A DNA stretch of 63,566 nt, counting the filler, from Octopus bimaculoides (taxonomy: Eukaryota): assembly GCF_001194135.2 (NCBI RefSeq). It is 4 parts of 4 records of this genome, joined end to end, with 100 filler letters (N's around TTAATTAATTAA, not from the genome) between each part and the next. Parts side by side here need not be neighbours in the genome. Positions count along the whole stretch, not along the records: positions 51,542 to 63,566 come from NC_069006.1; 3 more parts are not named here. One strand, written 5' to 3'. The translations under genes were made by a program, and so were the position numbers. This document shows positions 53,299-63,566 of this stretch, piece by piece; position 1 is the stretch's first letter, and each line of letters opens with the position of its first letter. The notes under the pieces were generated by a model. The model made no database searches. It saw nothing but the letters and a program-made list of their open reading frames with translations, and was not told the origin of the DNA.

Positions 53299-53375
53299 CT
53301 TTAAACAAACAACCTTGCTTTTATGATGCCGATGATGGCCATTTACAACCATCCTGTGATGTCAAGACAAGGGCT

Positions 53376-53447
<72 letters not shown>

Positions 53448-54191
53448 NNNNNNNNNNNNNNNNNNNNNNNNNNNNNNNNNNNNNNNNNNNNNNNNNNNNN
53501 NNNNNNNNNNNNNNNNNNNNNNNNNNNNNNNNNNNNNNNNNNNNNNNNNNNNNNNNNNNNNNNNNNNNNNNNNNNNNNNNNNNNNNNNNNNNNNNNNNNN
53601 NNNNNNNNNNNNNNNNNNNNNNNNNNNNNNNNNNNNNNNNNNNNNNNNNNNNNNNNNNNNNNNNNNNNNNNNNNNNNNNNNNNNNNNNNNNNNNNNNNNN
53701 NNNNNNNNNNNNNNNNNNNNNNNNNNNNNNNNNNNNNNNNNNNNNNNNNNNNNNNNNNNNNNNNNNNNNNNNNNNNNNNNNNNNNNNNNNNNNNNNNNNN
53801 NNNNNNNNNNNNNNNNNNNNNNNNNNNNNNNNNNNNNNNNNNNNNNNNNNNNNNNNNNNNNNNNNNNNNNNNNNNNNNNNNNNNNNNNNNNNNNNNNNNN
53901 NNNNNNNNNNNNNNNNNNNNNNNNNNNNNNNNNNNNNNNNNNNNNNNNNNNNNNNNNNNNNNNNNNNNNNNNNNNNNNNNNNNNNNNNNNNNNNNNNNNN
54001 NNNNNNNNNNNNNNNNNNNNNNNNNNNNNNNNNNNNNNNNNNNNNNNNNNNNNNNNNNNNNNNNNNNNNNNNNNNNNNNNNNNNNNNNNNNNNNNNNNNN
54101 NNNNNNNNNNNNNNNNNNNNNNNNNNNNNNNNNNNNNNNNNNNNNNNNNNNNNNNNNNNNNNNNNNNNNNNNNNNNNATATATGCATATGC

Positions 54192-54224
<33 letters not shown>

Positions 54225-54463
54225 TATGTATATATGTATGGGTATATATGCATTTATATGTATATGTATAGGTGTATATACATATGTGTATGTATACGTG
54301 TGTGTGTGTATATATGTATGTGCGTATATATATATGTATATATATATAAATATATGTATATATATATATATATGTCTATATATATATATATATATTTATA
54401 TATGTATATATAGGTGTATATGTATATGTCTATATATGTATCTATATATGTGTATATATCTTA

Positions 54464-54489
54464 TCTATATATATAAAAATGAGAATATG

Positions 54490-54544
<55 letters not shown>

Positions 54545-54967
54545 GTGAATCCCTAAAACTCGAGAACTACGCAACCAATTTCATTCAAATTTTACACATG
54601 CCTTACTTAGGGTTCCAGTTGTGTTTTAGTAAAAAAAAATTCTTAACTCCTTGCAGAGTTCGAGCTCACGGCAACATAATATCTCCTCCACTATTTAAGT
54701 ATTACGTGTCAAAAGTGAAACAAGAACACTCATGTCAAATACTTTCACTTTAAAAATGAAACTATTCTACTAACTGAAACAATCACATTTCTATACTGTA
54801 GTGACAGATACTTTCAGAGAGAGAGAGAGAGAGATGTATATGTATACATATAGATGTATATGTACACGTTATTCCACTAACTAAAACAATCACATTTCGA
54901 TACTGTAATGACAGATACTTTCAGAGAGAGAGAAAGAGATGTATATGTATACATATACACGTATATG
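54464..54967 (+). mobile_element. Helitron-like element with an internal ~107-bp tandem repeat
   Basis: A|TC start, (GTCT)n, matches 40106-40349; repeat units at 54769-54875 and 54876-54967 run into a gap. Confidence 0.6.
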
Positions 54968-56013
54968 NNNNNNNNNNNNNNNNNNNNNNNNNNNNNNNNN
55001 NNNNNNNNNNNNNNNNNNNNNNNNNNNNNNNNNNNNNNNNNNNNNNNNNNNNNNNNNNNNNNNNNNNNNNNNNNNNNNNNNNNNNNNNNNNNNNNNNNNN
55101 NNNNNNNNNNNNNNNNNNNNNNNNNNNNNNNNNNNNNNNNNNNNNNNNNNNNNNNNNNNNNNNNNNNNNNNNNNNNNNNNNNNNNNNNNNNNNNNNNNNN
55201 NNNNNNNNNNNNNNNNNNNNNNNNNNNNNNNNNNNNNNNNNNNNNNNNNNNNNNNNNNNNNNNNNNNNNNNNNNNNNNNNNNNNNNNNNNNNNNNNNNNN
55301 NNNNNNNNNNNNNNNNNNNNNNNNNNNNNNNNNNNNNNNNNNNNNNNNNNNNNNNNNNNNNNNNNNNNNNNNNNNNNNNNNNNNNNNNNNNNNNNNNNNN
55401 NNNNNNNNNNNNNNNNNNNNNNNNNNNNNNNNNNNNNNNNNNNNNNNNNNNNNNNNNNNNNNNNNNNNNNNNNNNNNNNNNNNNNNNNNNNNNNNNNNNN
55501 NNNNNNNNNNNNNNNNNNNNNNNNNNNNNNNNNNNNNNNNNNNNNNNNNNNNNNNNNNNNNNNNNNNNNNNNNNNNNNNNNNNNNNNNNNNNNNNNNNNN
55601 NNNNNNNNNNNNNNNNNNNNNNNNNNNNNNNNNNNNNNNNNNNNNNNNNNNNNNNNNNNNNNNNNNNNNNNNNNNNNNNNNNNNNNNNNNNNNNNNNNNN
55701 NNNNNNNNNNNNNNNNNNNNNNNNNNNNNNNNNNNNNNNNNNNNNNNNNNNNNNNNNNNNNNNNNNNNNNNNNNNNNNNNNNNNNNNNNNNNNNNNNNNN
55801 NNNNNNNNNNNNNNNNNNNNNNNNNNNNNNNNNNNNNNNNNNNNNNNNNNNNNNNNNNNNNNNNNNNNNNNNNNNNNNNNNNNNNNNNNNNNNNNNNNNN
55901 NNNNNNNNNNNNNNNNNNTATATATATATATGTGTCTATAAGTGTATATATATGTGTGTGTGTATGTATATATATATAAGCTATATATGTGTGTGTGTAT
56001 ATATATATATATA

Positions 56014-56177
56014 ACCAATGTTATCCAAGGGAAAGGCAAAGGGGCTGATACAGCTTGGCACCTGTGATGTCACAACTCATTTCTACAGCTGAGTGAACTG
56101 AAGCAACGTGAAATANNNNNNNNNNCATTTCTACAGCTGAGTGAACTGAAGCAACGTGAAATAAAGTGTCTTGCTCA
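56014..56177 (-). mobile_element. 5'-truncated SINE family C, inverted
   Basis: Reverse complement of the family C body; fused to the plus copy at GCTCA. Confidence 0.85.
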
Positions 56178-56363
56178 GTGGTTAGAGCGTCGAGCTTACG
56201 ATCGTGAGGTTGTGAGTTCGATTCCCAAATTGGGCTGCATGTTGTGTTCTTGAGCAAGACACTTTATTTCGCGTTGCTCCACTTCACTCAGCTGTAGAAA
56301 TGAGTTGCGACACCACTGGTGCCTTTCTCTTGGATAACACTGGTAGCGTGGAGAGGGGAGGCT
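56173..56363 (+). mobile_element. SINE family C starting at the A box
   Basis: GCTCAGTGGTTAGAGCGTCG, AGTTCGATTCC. Confidence 0.85.
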
Positions 56364-56539
56364 CATATATATATATGTGTGTGTGTATGTGTTTTATTGA
56401 TAATCTGCTGAAGTTAAAGAGTGACTCAATGGCAGAGAGTTTCATGTTTATTCACTTATTGATAAGTGCAGTGCACAGAGCTCTCAGTCCCTGAGTCACT
56501 CTTTAACTTCTGCCAATCATTAATACAAGGTGAGTGCAC

Positions 56540-56715
56540 ACACATGCACAAACAAGGCAGGTTTCTATGCAGTTTCCATCTACCAAATTCACTCACAAGA
56601 TGTCAGCTTGGAGTTATAGAAGACAACACTTGCCCATGGTCCCATGCAGTGGGACTGAACCCAAAGCCACGTGGTTGCAAAACAAGCTTTGTAACCACTC
56701 AGCCATATCTACACC
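56540..56715 (-). mobile_element. CpG-decayed SINE family A
   Basis: CAGTTTCCATCTACCAAA, GGGACTGAACCCAAAGCC. Confidence 0.75.
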
Positions 56716-57808
56716 CATTAATCTATTATTATAATATTATTTATATATTTTATACATAGTTAATGTAATGTTATTTAGATCATGTGATTTGACTTGCTCA
56801 AATTCACTGCAGGCATTCTTTTGCAATGGTGAGTTTATGCAACAAATGCTCGAATAATAACCCCAGCAGTTTAGCATGATCCCCTACACCTTACACTCTC
56901 ACACCAACAAAATAGCAGTTGTTTATGTCTGTGTGTATGTGCAGCACGCACACACACACACACATACACGTGTGTCCAATAGGATTAGTCGAACGAAGCA
57001 CATAGGAAATCAAATGGCAGTAATAATCCTTCTATTCACTGTGTATTGTTGCTGTGCAACATTGCTATACAGGAGAAGGAAATGAATATAACAAACGATA
57101 ATAGTAATAAAAATGACAAAAAGAAAAAAAAAGAAAAACCTCTGCCAAAATATAAGGAAATGTAGTGAGAAATTTTGTATAAATAAAAAAATTGTAAAAG
57201 TATAAATATATGATTTAAATTTTTTTTATTCAATTAAAAAGAAATGAAAATTCTGTTTTTGGATTTTTTCTTTTTTTGCATAATATAATAAATAATAAAA
57301 ATGTTTGTAAATTAATCAGGTATATTAATTGTTTATGTTGCAATTACATAAAGAGAGAAAATATAAACACGAAATTAAGCTTAAAAACCCCAGCAAACTA
57401 TTTGTTTTGTTTTGTTTTTTTTGTTTTCATATGCTTCATTTATTTTTTTACTCTTTGCCTTTTTAATGTTATTTTTTTTCTGGCTCAATTGAGATTTTAA
57501 TGGTGATTAAAATGTTGTGAAAGAGCATTACGGTGAAAGCATTTTGGGTAATTTCAGGAGTTTTTAGTTTTCATGTGACTATTGATTAGGTCATAAATAT
57601 CACATGAATTTTATCTACTATAAACAAATTTAATGTTCCTTACGACATTATACTGTAAAGACTGTTGCTGTTGTTGTTGTGGATGGTTGTGTTTCACAGA
57701 GCTTTACCTAGAAGATAATTTCTTCCAGGATTACTTAATGGAGTCTAGAAAATAAATCAGGATTTCACTTCCAAATCTTATATTCTTTCGAACCTGCCAA
57801 ACAATTAA

Positions 57809-58009
57809 CCTTTTAACATTTAAACTGGCTATATCCAGCCTAAATATTCTACAAGATATATGTTCAAACTGGTCAAATCTCCCTTAGAATGTCATTGTAA
57901 ACATAAACAATTACATTGTTCAAATCTTGAAGCTGTGAGATAAACTTTATTCAGAACAATGAGAATAATTAAGTATCATATTTGACAGTGTAATCTGAAT
58001 GCTAAAGAG
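57809..58009. mobile_element. piggyBac-like MITE with TTAA target duplication
   Basis: TTAA|CCTTTTAACATT ... AATGCTAAAGAG|TTAA. Confidence 0.75.
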
Positions 58010-58574
58010 TTAAGGATTTCATTCCAAAATATACAAAGAATATTCAAATTTTGTGTTAAAAGCAGCTCAATGATGTAAATGATGATGATGATGATCATGA
58101 TGTTATCAATATCTCATACTTAATGATGTATGTTGTTAAACACTACAAAGCTGCAGTAATTTGTCTATCAAAGATCCTTCTAAAGATGTACTGTGTTAAA
58201 AAGAAACACAGCATACCTCAAACCTAGTGAAACAAGATTGCACCAGAAGTGAACCAAAGTGACAGATACCAATATTTTGTGGCTGTATCTGCTCATCAGT
58301 GTCGCATTACTCCGCCACCTCTATATTAATAGATGCGAAATTACTATTTTGCCTGTGTGTGGTCCCCCCCCCCCAATCTTATATGGACTCCCAGGAGTCA
58401 CACAAACCCTGGTTGGGAACCACTGAATTAGCTGGAACTGCTTCTGTGGCACAAAGACCTTGGCCTTGTCATTTAGCACTGTCAAAACTAAGCACATCTC
58501 ATTCAATTGTAAACTTGATATTCCACCACAAGTCTTTGGCAAAGTAATAAAGGTCAATGAATTCTAAGTATTTT

Positions 58575-58765
58575 GCCGAGAGAAGGCTTCGTTTACAGAT
58601 GGCATCCAGATGACTTTAGAACTTCGGCGTTGTCACTCATTGCAGATTGTCTACAAGAAGCTGATAGTGAGTGAAGAACATGCGAGAGAACTAAAGCAGG
58701 TTGATCTGGTACAGGATTATGTCGAATGGAGAAAGATTGCTGACTTCTGCCCTGCACTTGAATGG
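58575..58765 (+). mobile_element. RTE LINE 3' end remnant
   Basis: RRCHSLQIV and QDYVEWRKIADF resemble RTE C-terminal motifs. Confidence 0.35.
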
Positions 58766-59759
58766 TGATAAAGGAGTTTGCATATAGAAAGGTATATCAT
58801 AAGGACAGGACACATTTACTTACAATATTTGTAATAGATGGAAACTGAAAGAAGCCTGTTGTGCTTGTGTTTATATATATATATATATATATATACATGC
58901 ACACATGTACATAACCTTTAAGTTTGTTTATGGGAAATTTTTGAATATGCATATAAAAGCTCCTATTCCATTACACTGGCTACAGCCTAATGGTGCCAAC
59001 TGGTGATGCAGATTTTTTGGGTTGCATTGAGTTGTGCCAATATAATGTAGGATAAATATAGTAATAATAATAATAATAATAACAATAATAATCCTTGGAT
59101 GAAATTTATCAATATTTTAGCATAGCAAAGGATTATTATTATTATTACTATATATCACCGTCATGTTGTTCGCATGAGTTAAATGGTTCAATAGAAACTG
59201 GTGAGCTGCAATGTCATCTTTGGTATGGCCTCTTTGGCTGAATGCCCTTCCTAATGCCAACCACTTTACAGAATGTATTGGGTGCTTTTTTCATCTGCTG
59301 CCACTTGTGAAGTCAATGCTTAACTTCTATATATGTGTGTATATGTTTGTTTTATTATGTGTGTGTGTATGTTTGTTTTATTAGTTTCATCCTTTGGGTT
59401 GTGGCCATGCTAAGGTATTTCCATTTCTTGCTCTGTCATAGTCTCATGGAGGATCACAGAGTACCCGACTATTGTGTAAATGTGTTTATCTTTACTTCAT
59501 GTAGACCTCATGCTTTTTTGGCAGGATATTGATAAAAGAAGATCTTCCTTTCTTCTCTCTCTACACACATAACATACATATACAAACTCGCATGAGTATT
59601 TATCTACAATACTTGTCAGCATTATTGTACGTCATCATCATCATTTTATATCTACTTTTCTTTGCTGGATGGGCTGTTAGGCTCTTTCTGACGTAGGGCT
59701 TTATGGATGTATGTATACTTTTTCTCTCAATACATGCAGAGATAGTAATAGATCTATTT

Positions 59760-60210
59760 TATTCTTTTCTACTCTAAGCACAAGGCCCGAGATTTTTTGG
59801 GGAGGGAGTCAGTTGATTAGATCAACCCCAGTATGCAACTGGTATTTAATTTATCAACCCCGAAAGGATGAAAGGCAAAGTCAACTTTGACAGAATTTGA
59901 ACTCAGAACATAAAGACAGACGAAATACTGCTAAGCATTTCGACTGGCATGTTAGGGTTAGGGTTAGTTTCTGCCAGTTTACCACCTTTATGGAGTAATA
60001 TATTCTTTTCTACTCTAGGCACAAGGCCTGAAAGTTATTTGGGGTGAGGGGTGGCAGTCAATTAGATCAACCCCATTACACAACTGGTATCTAATTTATT
60101 GAACCCGAAAGGATGAAAGGCAAAGTCGACCTTGGCGGAATTTGAACTCAGAATGTAAAGACATGAAATACCATTAAGCATTTCGCCCAGTGTGCTAACG
60201 TTTCTGCCAC
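59760..60210 (-). mobile_element. Two tandem SINE family B copies
   Basis: 59760-59987 and 60003-60210, each with GAAAGGATGAAAGGCAAAGTC. Confidence 0.85.
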
Positions 60211-60302
60211 CTCATCGTCTTAGTATAGATCTGTTTTATTACCATGGTATAGACACTAACTACATCTTCTTCCATACTTAGACATAGACATGCATGAGTG
60301 TT

Positions 60303-60339
<37 letters not shown>

Positions 60340-61088
60340 TCACTCAAATACAAATGTATGTTTTTTTTTATATATATGTATATATATATATGTGTGTGTG
60401 TGTGTGTTTGTATGTATATAAATGTATTCTTGTAAGAATATGTCTGCTCAATAATATAAATACACACACACACGTGTATATATCTAAATATGAATATAGA
60501 TGAGTTGTGTATGTATATTCTTGCAAGAACACACACACGCACGCACGCGCGCATTCTTGCAAGAATCAACCCTTTACGTCTGTGTAGAACATAAAATATT
60601 CTCCAAGGGGTTAATATTACTTTGAGAAAATCTCTTTTCCTTGTAGTTACTGCTGCATGATTCCAGACTATAAGTTGTATGATTGCAAGCCAAACCATTA
60701 AAATGTATCACTCAGCCTGTCGCTTCCCCTCCTTCCCCACTCCACGCCACCCGCCATCCCCTCCCTCCCTTCCATTTTTTTCTTTTCTTTTTCTTAATTG
60801 TTTCACCATCCATGTTTCCATATTAGCATTGGTGGGATGAGCGAAGATATTTGCATCTGATTTTGAGTGTTTTTACAGCTGGATGGATGGATGCCTTTGC
60901 TGTTACTCACCACTCAACCATAAAAGTGGGAGTGGTACCCGTTTGCATTTTTAGGGAGATTGAACCCACCGAACAGAGAGTAACACGTCCCTTTCTGAGT
61001 CAACAAGAGAGCCTCTACATCTGTGCTTCTCAATCAGGGTCCATATGGTCCTTGGGGGTCCATATAAGATTTTGTTGTTAAAAATTTA

Positions 61089-61234
61089 TAGCTTGCTTAC
61101 CAACCACATGGTTCCGGGTTCAGTCTCACTGCATGGCACCTTGGGCAAGTGTCTTCTACTACAGCCTTGGGCCGACCAAAGCCTTGTGAGTGGATTTGGT
61201 AGACGGAAACTGAAAGAAGCCTGTCGTATATATG

Positions 61235-61271
<37 letters not shown>

Positions 61272-61363
61272 ATGCGTGTGTGTGTTTGTGTGTCTGTGTT
61301 TGTCTCCACCAACATCGTTTGACAACCGATGCTGGTGTGTTTACGTCCCCGTTCGGCAAAAGA
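61089..61363 (+). mobile_element. SINE family A inserted in a hAT-like fragment
   Basis: Interrupts ...GTTAAAAATTTA / GTGCCATAAAATTGG..., which is uninterrupted at 61720-61750. Confidence 0.88.
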
Positions 61364-62065
61364 GTAAGAGAATATGTGCCATAAAATTGGTTGTATTTAT
61401 ACAAAATACAAAATATTTTAACAATTTTTTTCTGCAATCCCTAATAATTATCTTTCATCTTTTACCTGTTTCAGTCATGAGACTGCGGTCATGCTGGGGC
61501 ACCACCTTATTTTTTTATTTTTTTATTTTACTTGTTTCAGTCATTTGACTGGCAATGCTGGGGCACCAAAAAGTGGGGGTGGTATCCATTTGCATTTTTA
61601 GAACCGAGAGAAACAAGTCCCTTCCCAAGCCAACAGGAGAGCCTCTTTCTCAGCCAGGGTCCACATACATAGATACATATATATGCATATATATGGCCCC
61701 TGGGTGTCCAAATAAGATTTTGTTGTTAAAACTTATCTGCAATAAAATTGGTTATACTTGTACAATACACAAGATATTTTAATTGTTTTTTTTAAGTGAT
61801 CCCTAATAATAATTATTTTATTTATTTAGTTTTATTTTACATGTTTTGATCATTAGACTGCAGCCATGCTGGGGCAGTACCTTGAAGTTAAGTCAAATGA
61901 ATTGACTCCTCCCCTTTTTTTTGAGCCTGGTACTTATTCTGTTGGACTCTTCTTGCTGAACTGCTAAGCTATGGGGACATATAACACTCCGACAGCAGGG
62001 GTGGGCACAAACACACACACACACACGACGGGCTTCTTTTAGTTTCTATCTGCCAGATCTCTCTC

Positions 62066-62463
62066 TTTACTCTTTACTCTTTTACTTGTTTCAGTCATTT
62101 GACTGCAGCCATGCTGGAGCACCGCCTTCAGTCGAGCAAATCAACCCCGGGACTTATTCTTTGTAAGCCTAGTACTTATTCTATCGATCTCTTTTGCCGA
62201 ACTGCTAAATGACAGGGACATAAACACACTAGCATCGGTTGTCAAGTGATATTGGGGGGACAAACACAGACACACAAACCCACACCCATATATATACATA
62301 TATACGATGGGCTTATTTCAGTTTCTGCCTACCAAATCCACTCACAAGGCTTTGGTCAGCCCGAGGCTATAGTAGAAGACACTTGCCCAAGATGCCACGC
62401 AGTGGGACTGAACCCGGAACCATGTGGTTGGTAAGTAAGCTACTTACCACACAGCCACTCCTA
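62066..62463 (-). mobile_element. Full-length SINE family A, CpG-decayed
   Basis: Complete, with GCAGCC, TCAACC, GAACTGCT and GATGGG where left-side copies have CG. Confidence 0.9.
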
Positions 62464-63240
62464 CTCACTTTTTCAGTTATGTTTTCCTGTTTGTATCACC
62501 AAATCTGTATCTATCTATTTACCGTCATCATCACATAATAGCCATCTATCATCATCATCATCATCAACATTCATTGTCCATTTTCCCTGCTGGTATAGGT
62601 TGGACGGCTTGATGGGGACTGGCAAAGCCAGGGGACACACCAGGCTCCAGGGTCTGTTTTGCAGCATATAAAATGGCATATATTGGATAATGGTAACTGA
62701 GACCCCTTATGTATAAAAATAGTAAAATTCAATAGTAGTTGGTCACGGTTGGATTTCCTTTGATCGTGGGTGTTCTCAATTAGGGAAGACCTTGGGCTAA
62801 ATTTCAACAACAACATCAACTGGCACTTGTTTTATCTTATTAGCATAGAACCCATCAAAGATGATAGGGGTTATTTGAGCATGGAATAAATTATGCAAAT
62901 TTTTTTGCTATAAAGATATTTAGGAGTGCAGAGAGAAGGGGGTGGGGGATCGAAGGGAGAGAGAGAGAGAGAGAGAGAGAGGCTGCTGGTGTGAAATGCT
63001 GCATTCGTAATGGATCATAAAAGCAAGATTTTTATGATTGCAGTCCGTTTCCAAGTTTGGCATTTTTGTCTAACAGTAACAAAGAAGGGTGGAGGTGGGG
63101 GAAGCAATGGACAAGATGCCTAAGTTAATCCTGGCTGGATTTGAATAAATTCACAGCCGGGATTAATGGAACTAACAATTGCAATACATTTAGTCTGGTG
63201 CCCTGTTGTCTCAGAAGCCATTTCCGCTTTCCTAATAGTA

Positions 63241-63278
<38 letters not shown>

Positions 63279-63566
63279 CTTTTGTTGAAATCTTGAGAGG
63301 GGAGGGGGAAAGGAGATGCAGGAGCTTTGACATGTGTATTATCATTCGGGAGAGTATTAAGTGTGATAAGTGAAGTCAGCCTGGCCAGGAATTGAAACCA
63401 GATGTGAGTTTCCATTTGCGAGAGGGAAACGTCATCCTATCCCATCTCTTCCTCTTCTTGCTTCTCCTAGTTACTGCTTCAACAGCAGCAATACGACTAC
63501 TACTACTACTTTTATTTGCCACCAGGGTAAAGGACGAGGGAGACAGTACAGAGACAGATATGAAGT

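Noticed and set aside
53214-56039. Longest ORFs in the track (300-476 aa) and other X-filled ORFs
   Set aside because: Open only because of N runs and dinucleotide repeats.
56078-56163. 38-bp duplicate on either side of a 10-N gap
   Set aside because: Contig-end overlap artefact.
62239-62538. Recurrent ...RRASFSFRLPNPLTRLWS... ORFs
   Set aside because: Chance translation of SINE family A, repeated at each copy.

Overview
AT-rich, microsatellite-dense animal genomic DNA from a draft assembly. About 7 kb (~11%) is N gaps, and three gaps carry a TTAATTAATTAA spacer. The repeat families (tRNA-headed SINEs with internal CA/TA arrays, TTAA-CCCT MITEs, compound AAT/GAT/GATA arrays) look like an octopus/coleoid cephalopod genome; this is an inference from recognition, not a search. 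I cannot recognise any intact protein-coding gene. Nearly all long ORFs in the track are microsatellite or N read-throughs. Supported content: a complete but dead Tc1 transposon (TIRs plus TA), remnants of mariner, Sola-like, RTE and L2/CR1 elements, Helitron-like, hAT and piggyBac-like MITEs, more than 25 SINE copies, and several low-confidence exon or promoter candidates. The most interesting signal is a set of hammerhead ribozyme motifs. One is a complete type I hammerhead (18222-18269). Two are minimal Penelope-type hammerheads inside a tRNA-headed, Pol III-type SINE-like element (26.3-26.8 kb). There are also decayed relics. The ribozyme-bearing elements, and one unrelated SINE, recur as head-to-head fold-back insertions. 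There is also a sharp CpG-depletion boundary near 52 kb.
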